A stretch of 64,000 nucleotides of DNA from positions 3,022 through 67,021 of the forward strand of contig JABJNO010000025.1 of NCBI GenBank assembly GCA_018664825.1, given 5' to 3'. The stretch comes from Candidatus Parcubacteria bacterium (GTDB taxonomy: Bacteria; Patescibacteriota; Patescibacteriia; UBA1558; GWA2-36-10). The position numbers and the translations under genes are program-made. Within the stretch, counting starts at the first letter, position 1, and the number at the start of each line of letters is the position of its first letter. Positions 49,049-57,154 of the stretch are shown piece by piece. Below the pieces are notes generated by a model. It searched no databases. It saw only the letters and a list, made by a program, of their open reading frames with translations, and was not told where the DNA came from.

Positions 49049-49234
49049 TTATATATTATTAATACCTTCTTTAATTTTTCTTATTTTTTTATCTTCTATA
49101 TTCTTAACTGTTTTACTCATGATATTCTTTTGTTTTTTTTGAAGGGCTCGCAATTTAATCAAATAGTCCTCGTGAAGAGCCTTGATTTCATTGACCTTAT
49201 TTTGCAAATCTGTTCTTGATATTTTAGTATCCAT
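49049..49234 (-). CDS. small basic coiled-coil protein (tandem paralog 2)
   Basis: 61 aa. Shares ISRT..LQNKVNEIKALH / ISQEELKRRSQEIAKLH and IMSKTVKNI / IISRTVSDI pattern with 49237..49455. Confidence 0.35.
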   Translation of the reverse strand: MDTKISRTDLQNKVNEIKALHEDYLIKLRALQKKQKNIMSKTVKNIEDKKIRKIKEGINNI

Positions 49235-49236
49235 AA

Positions 49237-49455
49237 TTATTTTTTTAAAAAAGAAAGTAATCTTTTGATAAAGTTTCTGCGCTTAGTTTTGTTTAATTCT
49301 TGGCGATTTTGTATGTCACTGACTGTTCTAGAAATTATATTATCTTGCTTAATACTTAAATTATCCAAGTTTTTTTTCCAAGCAGCATGAAGTTTAGCAA
49401 TTTCTTGAGAACGACGCTTTAGTTCTTCTTGTGAAATATTTGTATCAATTTTCAT
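49237..49455 (-). CDS. small basic coiled-coil protein (tandem paralog 1)
   Basis: 72 aa, similar to the downstream 61-aa ORF. 3-nt gap between them. Confidence 0.35.
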   Translation of the reverse strand: MKIDTNISQEELKRRSQEIAKLHAAWKKNLDNLSIKQDNIISRTVSDIQNRQELNKTKRRNFIKRLLSFLKK

Positions 49456-49613
49456 AAAATAATTATACTAATATCGTTCTTCTGAGTCAAGTGAAGAATG
49501 TTCTTAAAAGAATCTCTTATTTTTTCAAATGACTTGATAATGCACGAGGATCTATTGATTTATAAATAAGAATAGTGTAGAATCTCCTTACCAGAATTAA
49601 CGGTTGGCGGTTC

Positions 49614-49741
49614 CAGCACGAGGAAGCCCGCCATTCGACTCGTCATAACTTTGTTATGACTCGCTCATAGTCTTCGACCACTCTTTGCTTTTGTAAATAC
49701 TTAGTGTCGAATGTTCTGAGTGAGCAGAGCGAACCAAGGGG
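49614..49741. repeat. ~128-bp structured repeat, copy A (upstream of thrS)
   Basis: GGCGG..CAGC..GCCCGCCATTCGACTCGTCATAACTTTGTTATGACTCGCTCAT(A/G)GTCTTCGACCACTCTTTGCTTTTGTAAATACTTAGTGTCGAATGT(T/C)CTGAGTGAGCAGAGCGAACCAAGGGG. 2 mismatches vs copy B over the 116-bp core. Confidence 0.85.
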
Positions 49742-49803
49742 CACGAGAATTTCGTGCTAGCACAATGAACTAAGCACCCAAATTGGGTGTTTTTGTCTTG
49801 CTA

Positions 49804-50019
49804 TTGGACTTTTATCAAAAAAGGTATATAATAAATAATGATTTAAGATGATTGGAATAGCTACCAACTATTCTTCTGTAAATATTACAGAATCCTTGTA
49901 GTAAAGGGCTAAATCAAAAATTAATGATAAAGAGGCTTGGGTTATTATAATACTCAGGCAACTTGGGTGGAACCGCCCCTAATTGGGGTCCCGAGACTTA
50001 ATAAGTCTGGGGTTTTTTT
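49804..50019 (+). promoter_or_regulatory. thrS leader: promoter plus T-box-like riboswitch with intrinsic terminator
   Basis: TTGGAC (49804-49809), 17 nt, TATAAT (49827-49832). Candidate specifier ACC followed by A (49863-49866) in loop context AATAGCTACCAACTATTC. T-box core GGGTGGAACCGC (49965-49976) matching AGGGUGGNACCGCG. Terminator CCCGAGACTT-AAT-AAGTCTGGGG plus T7 (49990-50019), 21 nt before the thrS ATG. Confidence 0.5.
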
Positions 50020-50040
50020 ATCCAAAATTAGTAAAAAAAT

Positions 50041-51795
50041 ATGCAAAATAACGAAAAAATACACAAAATACGTCATTCATTGTCTCATATCTTGGCTATG
50101 GCCATATTACGTAAATTTCCTGATGCTCAATTGGCCATTGGGCCAGTTATTGACAATGGCTTTTATTATGACTTCCTTTTGCCAGATAGTTTGTCTGAGG
50201 CTGATTTACCAAAGGTAGAAAAAGAAATGAAGAAAATAATTTCTCAGAAAATAAAATTTGAGAAAAGTGTTATTAGTAGAGAAGAGGCCTTAAAGAAATA
50301 TGAAGAACAAAATTTTAAAGTAGAGCTAATCGATGATTTGCCAAAAGACGAAAAAATAAGCTTTTATTCTTCTGGAGACTTTACTGATCTTTGCGCTGGG
50401 CCTCATGTAGAATTTAGTACCGAGATCAATCCCAAAGCTTTTAAATTGACTTCTACTGCTGGTGCTTATTGGCGTGGTGATGAAAACAGGCAAATGTTGA
50501 CTCGTGTGTATGGTGTAGCTTTTGAAAATAAAGAAGAGTTAGATGAATACCTAGCTGTTCTAGAAGAGGCCAAAAAGCGTGATCACAGAAAACTTGGTAA
50601 AGAATTAGATTTATTTTCTTTTTCAGATTTAGTGGGTTCTGGTCTGCCACTTTGGAGTCCCAAAGGAACAGTTATTCGTAATGAATTACAAAAGGCTCTA
50701 CTTGAAATTAGTACAAAATACGGTGTCACTCCGGTGACTATTCCTCATATTGCTAAACGAAAATTATATGAAATATCTGGACATGCTGAAAAATTTTCTA
50801 ATGAATTAATAAAAGTTATTAGTCATTATGGTGAATTTGTTATGAAGCCAGTCAATTGCCCTCATCATACCCAAATATATGATTCTCGACCACGTAGCTA
50901 TCGTGATCTACCGATTCGCTACATGGAATCAACCATGCAATATCGTGATGAAAAACCAGGAGAAATATCTGGTCTGACCAGAGTTCGTTCTATCACAGTA
51001 GATGATGGTCATACCTTTTGCCTACCCGATCAAATCAAACAAGAGGCCAAAAATTTAGCAAGTATTATCAAAGAATTCTACGGTAATTTAGGTTTATTTG
51101 GCCAGCACTGGGTTTCACTTTCAGTTCGTGATCCAGAAAAACCAGAAGCTTATATTGGCGACTTAAAGGATTGGGAAAAAAGCGAAAAAATGCTAGCTGA
51201 ATTATCTGACGAATTAAAACTTAATGCTAAACGTGTAGAGGGCGAAGCTGCTATATATGGGCCTAAGTTAGACTATATGTTTAAAGATTCATTAGGTCGA
51301 GAATGGCAATTAGCTACTATTCAGCTTGATTTTGCTATGCCCAAAAGATTTGAATTGACCTATACAGATAAAGATGGCAAAAATAAAACACCCGTCATGA
51401 TTCATCGGGCTATTCTTGGTTCCTATGAAAGATTTTTGGCTATATTAATTGAGCATTATGCGGGAGCTTTTCCAGTTTGGCTAGCCCCAGTACAGATAAA
51501 AATTATTTCTGTTGGAGAAGGTCATATTGAATATTGTCAAAAATTGGCTACTAAATTTATGGCCGAGAACATACGTGTTGAGCTAGATACTTCTGATGAA
51601 ACAGTCGGCAACAAAATACGTAAATCATCTCAGGAAAAGATATCATACACCTTGGTAATTGGTGACAAGGAGATGGATTCTAAAGATTTGGCTGTTAGAG
51701 TACGTGGTAAAAAAGATTTATTAAATATTGACCAAGAAGAATTTATCACAAAAATAAAAACAAACATAAAAAATCGTAGTTTGGAGCTTTTATAA
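50041..51795 (+). CDS. thrS: threonyl-tRNA synthetase (lacks N-terminal TGS domain)
   Basis: Class II motifs. Editing-domain start RHSLSHILAMAI...AIGPVIDNGFYYDF. HRAILGSYERFLAILIEHYAGAFPVWLAPVQ. C-terminal anticodon-binding domain. Confidence 0.9.
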   Translation: MQNNEKIHKIRHSLSHILAMAILRKFPDAQLAIGPVIDNGFYYDFLLPDSLSEADLPKVEKEMKKIISQKIKFEKSVISREEALKKYEEQNFKVELIDDLPKDEKISFYSSGDFTDLCAGPHVEFSTEINPKAFKLTSTAGAYWRGDENRQMLTRVYGVAFENKEELDEYLAVLEEAKKRDHRKLGKELDLFSFSDLVGSGLPLWSPKGTVIRNELQKALLEISTKYGVTPVTIPHIAKRKLYEISGHAEKFSNELIKVISHYGEFVMKPVNCPHHTQIYDSRPRSYRDLPIRYMESTMQYRDEKPGEISGLTRVRSITVDDGHTFCLPDQIKQEAKNLASIIKEFYGNLGLFGQHWVSLSVRDPEKPEAYIGDLKDWEKSEKMLAELSDELKLNAKRVEGEAAIYGPKLDYMFKDSLGREWQLATIQLDFAMPKRFELTYTDKDGKNKTPVMIHRAILGSYERFLAILIEHYAGAFPVWLAPVQIKIISVGEGHIEYCQKLATKFMAENIRVELDTSDETVGNKIRKSSQEKISYTLVIGDKEMDSKDLAVRVRGKKDLLNIDQEEFITKIKTNIKNRSLELL

Positions 51796-51896
51796 TTAAT
51801 TGTTTAGATCCAAGCAAATAATAAAAAATAAGGTGCTCTAATATTTTTTGATTTATAAATAAAAATCCCTTAGATAGGGTTAACTTATGGCGGCTT

Positions 51897-52024
51897 CAGC
51901 CCGATGTAGCCCGCCATTCGACTCGTCATAACTTTGTTATGACTCGCTCATGGTCTTCGACCACTCTTTGCTTTTGTAAATACTTAGTGTCGAATGTCCT
52001 GAGTGAGCAGAGCGAACCAAGGGG
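51897..52024. repeat. ~128-bp structured repeat, copy B (downstream of thrS)
   Basis: 98% identical to copy A over the 116-bp core. Starts with hairpin ATGGCGG...CCGCCAT. Confidence 0.85.
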
Positions 52025-52111
52025 TAGGAATACCATTGTTTGTGGTATTTTTTGTTTACAAACAGATTAATATTAGCTATGATAATTATATTGAGTATTT
52101 AAAATAAAAAT

Positions 52112-52285
52112 ATGGGAAAAGAAAAAGGAGCTGAAGGCGCAATCTATGGATTGGGTTTTATCGGTGCAGTAGTGTATTATATTCAACATGCAGATTCTTT
52201 TGCAACTGGAGTTATAGGCTTTCTAAAAGCATTGGTTTGGCCAGCAATGGTCGTGTACAAAGTGCTTGAATATTTGAATATGTAA
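52112..52285 (+). CDS. small hydrophobic protein (57 aa, 2 TM)
   Basis: MGKEKGAEGAIYGLGFIGAVVYYIQHADSFATGVIGFLKALVWPAMVVYKVLEYLNM. Followed by hairpin terminator 52294-52316 shared with convergent comFC. No SD. Confidence 0.3.
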   Translation: MGKEKGAEGAIYGLGFIGAVVYYIQHADSFATGVIGFLKALVWPAMVVYKVLEYLNM

Positions 52286-52312
52286 ACTAAAAATACGGCG
52301 TAAGCCGTATTT

Positions 52313-52987
52313 TTAGTTTTTGGCAATTACTAAACAGATTATTTTTTGGTGACCAATATTTTTGAGGGCTAACGCCGCTTGATTGAGAGTGGAACCAGTT
52401 GTAGCTATATCATCTATCAAGACTATGCTAGGGGCGTCGTGAGTTAGGTCTGTGCTCAAAGCTTCAAAAACTCCTTTTACATTTTTTTGTCGAGCTGTTT
52501 TTGATAGCTGAGCCTGAGTCTTTGTTTGCTTGATGCGTTTCAAAAGAGGGGAGTATTTCAGATCTAGCTTTTTGGCTAGTTTTTTTGCCAAAATTTCTGT
52601 TTGATCAAAGCCGCGTTGTTTTTTCTTTTTATTATGTAGAGGTATGTTGCTTATGATTGTATTTTTATCAAGCCCAGCTCTACGGGCTTGCTTTTCTAAA
52701 ATAGTTACCAAAAAATCAGCCATATTTTCTAAATAAGAATATTTGTATTTTTTTAGTATCTTTTGGACTATTTCATTTTGGTAATCACAGCAAACTAGAC
52801 ACTCTTCAAAATAAAAGTTATCTTCAGGCCATTTTATAGTAGCTTGTTCTTTGAGGATTATGTCATTTAGACAATAAGCACAACAAATAGAGCCCTCTCT
52901 ATTGCATCCTAGGCAAAATTGAGGCCAAATAAAATCAAGTAAATTTTTTAGTAAATTTATCATCGCTTTTCTTCTTATGTTTTTCAA
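52313..52987 (-). CDS. comFC: ComF family protein (ComFC-type phosphoribosyltransferase-domain competence protein)
   Basis: N-terminal Zn-finger CLGC...CCAYC plus PRTase motif VLIDDIATTGSTLNQAA. Confidence 0.75.
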   Translation of the reverse strand: MKNIRRKAMINLLKNLLDFIWPQFCLGCNREGSICCAYCLNDIILKEQATIKWPEDNFYFEECLVCCDYQNEIVQKILKKYKYSYLENMADFLVTILEKQARRAGLDKNTIISNIPLHNKKKKQRGFDQTEILAKKLAKKLDLKYSPLLKRIKQTKTQAQLSKTARQKNVKGVFEALSTDLTHDAPSIVLIDDIATTGSTLNQAALALKNIGHQKIICLVIAKN

Positions 52988-52989
52988 AC

Positions 52990-55464
52990 CTATTTAATCG
53001 CTATTTTTCCTTTTTGAACTTGCACGGTTATTTTTTTGGTATTTTGATTGTTCAACAAATGGGTAGCTACTGGATTGGTGATGTGCTGGTCTACTAGTCT
53101 TTTTAGGCTACGAGCACCTTCTTTGACTGGGGTCTTGGTTTTTAGGATGTGATTTACCACTTTACCATCAAATTCGATGCAAAGGTTTTGTTCAAACAAT
53201 TTTTCAGCTAGTGATCCAATTTCTTTTTTTACTATCCGTCGAGCAGATTTTTTGTCCAATGAATCAAAAGCAATGATATTGTCCAAACGATTGGTAAATT
53301 CAGGAGGGAAACGCTTGTGTAAAGACTTGGTTATTTTTTGTGTAGTATTTTTAAAATTCTTTTCTTTCTCTTCTTTACTTTCTATATCAAATCCCAAATT
53401 TGCTTCTTGGTTGAATTTTTCCAAACCAATATTTGAAGTCATTACTATGATACAATTACGGAAGTTTACTGTCCGTCCAGTAGCATCTGTCAGCTCTCCT
53501 TCTTCCAAAACAGGTAATAAAAGGTTAAATACTTCTTTGTGAGCCTTTTCTATCTCATCAAATAAAATCAGCGTGTAGGGCTTGTTTTTTACTATGTCAG
53601 TGAATTTGTTGCCTTCTTTGTAGCCAACATAGCCAGCTGGTGCGCCAATTAGTTTGGAAATATTGAATTTTTCAGAAAATTCGGACATATCTATGCGAAG
53701 CATGTTGTGTTGGCCACCAAATACATGATGAGCTATTTGTTTGGCTGCAAATGTCTTGCCAACTCCACTTGGTCCCAAAAACATAAAAGAGGCCATTGGT
53801 TTGTTTTTGTCTTGTAGTCCAGTTTTTGATTTGCGGATAGTTTGAGAAATAGTAGACAAGGCTTTTTCTTGTCCAAAAATTTCTTTAGCAATATTTTTTT
53901 CTAGATCAAGTAATTTTTTACCTTCATTGGTACTAATAGAGGATAGAGGTACGCCAGTCATGTCGGCAATAATTTCTTTTATGTGTTGGCTGCTGATATT
54001 ACCCAAAGAATTCTGACTCATCTCTTCTTCTTTGTTTTTTAGGCGAGCCAATTCTTTTAGTAAAGTATCTTCTCTTTTTTTATGCTCTAGTGCCTCGATA
54101 TATTCTTCATTGTAGATAGATTGTCTTTTTGTGTTTTGAATGACGTCTATTTCATCTACTAGTTTTTTGATTTTTTTACTCAGACTTTTTTTGGTATGTC
54201 TTACCTTGAAGCGAGAAGCCGCTTCATCAATCAGGTCGATAGCCTTGTCTGGTAATTTTTTGTCTGGTAAAAATCTTTTACTCAAAAGTACAGCATGCTT
54301 CAAAGCATCTTCGTCAATAGATACCTTATGAAATTTTTCATAATTTTTTTTGATGCCTTGTAATATTTCGTAGGTTTCATCTTCGGTTGATTCATCTATT
54401 ATAATAGATTGGAAGCGTCTTTCTAAGGCACGGTCGCTTTCTATGTGTTTTTTGTATTCTTCAAAAGTAGTAGCTCCAATACAACGTAAATGACCTCTAG
54501 CTAAGGCGGGCTTCAAAATATTAGCCGCATCTAGCGAACCACTAGTAGCGCCAGCACCCATGATAGTGTGCAATTCATCAATAAACAAAATGGTATTTGG
54601 ATTGCTTTTTATGTCGTTTATGACCTGTTTTAAGCGGTTTTCAAACTCTCCACGGTACATTGTGCCGGCTATTAAAGAAGAAATGTCTAGATTCAGAATT
54701 GTTTTGTTTAGCAAGACATCAGGAACCTTATTTTCGGTAATTCGTTTGGCTAGACCTTCTATAATAGCGGTTTTACCAACTCCGGGGTCACCCAGGAGGA
54801 CGGGATTATTTTTAGTGCGACGTGATAATATCTCTATCAAGCGATCAATCTCTCTAGCCCTACCTATCACAGGATCGATATCTTTTTGGATTTCTTTGTT
54901 GGTGAGGTTTACAGTAAAGTTTTCCAAGGTGTTTGATTCTTGATTGTGGTCATCAAAAATATGATCAACTTCTTTGATTTCATCTTCAGCTGCCAAGTCA
55001 CTAAACTTGGAAGTGCTTTTCATGATTAGATTTAGATGTTGCCTCAGGCTGTGTGTATTTATTTTTGCTTTTTGCAAAGTTTTGGTAATATTTTCATTTT
55101 CACTATGACTCAATCCCCACAAAAGATGCTCGGTACCAATATATTTGTGTTGATGTTTATAAGCTGTGATGACAGCTTTTTCAATAATTTTTTGAGATTC
55201 ATCAGAGGGCTGAGGCATAATTTCAGCATCAACAGAAGCATTTTGGTGGCTACTCATAATGGTAATGGAATTTGCAAAAGCAGGGTCGATTTTTTGTTTT
55301 ACCAAAATATCAGATCCTAGCGATCCTTTTGTTTTTACCAATGAAATCAATAGATCCTGTGGTTCAATAAACTCTCTTTTCTTGAAGTAGGCAAGATTTT
55401 GAGCATTGATCAGCACCTTTTTGAAGTGGTATGTGAATTTGTTTAGTATATTATGTGATTGCAT
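52990..55464 (-). CDS. clpC: Clp/Hsp100 AAA+ chaperone ATPase (ClpC/ClpB family)
   Basis: Clp_N repeats. NBD1 Walker A VLLGDPGVGKTAIIEGLA, Walker B ILFIDELH. NBD2 FMFLGPSGVGKTFAAKQIA. Short middle domain favours the ClpC type. Confidence 0.85.
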   Translation of the reverse strand: MQSHNILNKFTYHFKKVLINAQNLAYFKKREFIEPQDLLISLVKTKGSLGSDILVKQKIDPAFANSITIMSSHQNASVDAEIMPQPSDESQKIIEKAVITAYKHQHKYIGTEHLLWGLSHSENENITKTLQKAKINTHSLRQHLNLIMKSTSKFSDLAAEDEIKEVDHIFDDHNQESNTLENFTVNLTNKEIQKDIDPVIGRAREIDRLIEILSRRTKNNPVLLGDPGVGKTAIIEGLAKRITENKVPDVLLNKTILNLDISSLIAGTMYRGEFENRLKQVINDIKSNPNTILFIDELHTIMGAGATSGSLDAANILKPALARGHLRCIGATTFEEYKKHIESDRALERRFQSIIIDESTEDETYEILQGIKKNYEKFHKVSIDEDALKHAVLLSKRFLPDKKLPDKAIDLIDEAASRFKVRHTKKSLSKKIKKLVDEIDVIQNTKRQSIYNEEYIEALEHKKREDTLLKELARLKNKEEEMSQNSLGNISSQHIKEIIADMTGVPLSSISTNEGKKLLDLEKNIAKEIFGQEKALSTISQTIRKSKTGLQDKNKPMASFMFLGPSGVGKTFAAKQIAHHVFGGQHNMLRIDMSEFSEKFNISKLIGAPAGYVGYKEGNKFTDIVKNKPYTLILFDEIEKAHKEVFNLLLPVLEEGELTDATGRTVNFRNCIIVMTSNIGLEKFNQEANLGFDIESKEEKEKNFKNTTQKITKSLHKRFPPEFTNRLDNIIAFDSLDKKSARRIVKKEIGSLAEKLFEQNLCIEFDGKVVNHILKTKTPVKEGARSLKRLVDQHITNPVATHLLNNQNTKKITVQVQKGKIAIK

Positions 55465-55473
55465 ATTTTTTTA

Positions 55474-56349
55474 TTACATTTTTCTCAACGCACTTACTCT
55501 TTCTTGTATAGGAGGGTGGGTTGAAAAGAATTTATTTTGTTTTTTCTTTCCCTTGAACGGGCTTGAGATATAAAGATGGGCGGTTGCTTTGTTGGCATTT
55601 TTGAGAGGAGTATTTTGTTTGCTGATTTTTTCCAAAGCCGTAGCCAGACCTTCTGGGTAGCGAGTAAGTAAAGCTCCTGATGCATCTGCCAAAAATTCTC
55701 GTTTTCTAGATACTGCGAGTTGGATAAGTTTGGCGAAAAGAGGGGATAGTACAGCTAGTACCAGGCCAACAATCAATAAAATACCATTGCCTTTGTTGTC
55801 GTTACCTTTTCGGCCTCTCCAAAAGAAACTACGTAACATCCAATCAGCCAGGAGAGTGATTACTCCAACGCAGACAATCACAATCATCATCAAACGAATA
55901 TCATAGTTTTTTACATGGGATAGTTCGTGAGCTATCACACCTTCGAGCTCTTGATTTTCTAGGCCATTGATAATGCCGGTGGTCAGGGCAATAGAAGAGT
56001 GCTCAGGATCACGTCCAGTAGCAAAAGCATTCATAGCTGGATCATTGATAATGTAGACTTTGGGCATTGGTATGCCAGCGGTGATTGATAGATTTTCTAT
56101 CATCCGCCAGACATAGGGATTGTCGTTCTTTTTTATAGCCTTGGCACCCGCTTGAGCAAGGGCAATTTTGTCTCCACCAAAAAAACTTGTTAAGCTCATG
56201 ATTATGGCTAAAGCTAGCGCAAAAAATATCATAATATAACCATCTTGGGAATAGATACTCCAGGCCCAACCAAGTCCAACGATGACCAAAATAAACAGGG
56301 TCATCAAGAGGATACTTTTTCTCTTATTACTATCAATTTGTTGATACAT
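55474..56349 (-). CDS. htpX: zinc metalloprotease HtpX (M48 family)
   Basis: HEXXH motif VIAHELSHVKNYD. 4 TM. Classic htpX-lemA adjacency. Confidence 0.85.
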   Translation of the reverse strand: MYQQIDSNKRKSILLMTLFILVIVGLGWAWSIYSQDGYIMIFFALALAIIMSLTSFFGGDKIALAQAGAKAIKKNDNPYVWRMIENLSITAGIPMPKVYIINDPAMNAFATGRDPEHSSIALTTGIINGLENQELEGVIAHELSHVKNYDIRLMMIVIVCVGVITLLADWMLRSFFWRGRKGNDNKGNGILLIVGLVLAVLSPLFAKLIQLAVSRKREFLADASGALLTRYPEGLATALEKISKQNTPLKNANKATAHLYISSPFKGKKKQNKFFSTHPPIQERVSALRKM

Positions 56350-56412
56350 TTTTTATTTTTAATTCAGTTTAATATAACAATATTGCTGGTCTTTTGTCAA
56401 TCATAAAACCGC

Positions 56413-56445
56413 CCTTCGGCTAGCCGAAAGACGGTTTAAAAATCT
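56413..56445 (-). terminator. hairpin terminator after lemA
   Basis: AAACCGCCCTTCGGCTAGCCGAAAGACGGTTT, a long imperfect palindrome. Confidence 0.45.
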
Positions 56446-56447
56446 AT

Positions 56448-57005
56448 CTAGAATTTTACCTTAACGTTTTCTTTCTCTTCTTTGTTTTCGATTTCAAAGA
56501 AATCCCATGCTTTGAATTTGAGCATACCAACAATCATGTTGTTTGGGAAAATCTGAACCTTGGTATTGAAATCACGAACTTGTCCATTATAAAATCTTCG
56601 TGAGGCCTGAATTTTATTTTCAGTGTCAGAAATTTCATCTTGTAGCTGTAAAAAGTTTTGTGAAGCTTTTAGGTCTGGATAACCCTCAGCCACAGCAAAC
56701 AAACTTTTTAGAGTAGAGGACAACATGTTTTCCGCCTTACCCTTTTCTCCGATGCCTTTGGCCTGCATAGCAGAAGACCTAGCTTCGGTGACTTTGATTA
56801 GGACATCGTTTTCATGCTTCATGTATCCTTTGACTGTTTCCATCAAATTTGGAATCAAGTCATAACGTCTTTTTAGTTGGACATCGATATCTGACCAAGC
56901 TTCTTTGACGCGGTTGTTCAATTTGATCAAACCATTGTAGACGCCAATTAGCCATAGGACAATCAAGACCACTACAACCAATATGACGATAAGTGCTGTA
57001 CCCAT
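56448..57005 (-). CDS. lemA: LemA family membrane protein
   Basis: LIGVYNGLIKLNNRVKEAWSDIDVQLKRRYDLIPNLMETVKGY. Start taken at internal Met (MGTALIV...). The longer ORF 56448..57116 adds a non-conserved extension. Confidence 0.8.
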   Translation of the reverse strand: MGTALIVILVVVVLIVLWLIGVYNGLIKLNNRVKEAWSDIDVQLKRRYDLIPNLMETVKGYMKHENDVLIKVTEARSSAMQAKGIGEKGKAENMLSSTLKSLFAVAEGYPDLKASQNFLQLQDEISDTENKIQASRRFYNGQVRDFNTKVQIFPNNMIVGMLKFKAWDFFEIENKEEKENVKVKF

Positions 57006-57154
57006 AATAATAAATTTAATTGTTAAAGCAATTAATATAATTTTACTAAATCTTAGAGCTTTTGGCAATCTTTGAAATATTTTTATTTCAGACTGAAATG
57101 TGGTATAATATATCAAGAAATCGGAACAAAAAAATAAAAGTTAAAAATAAAAGT

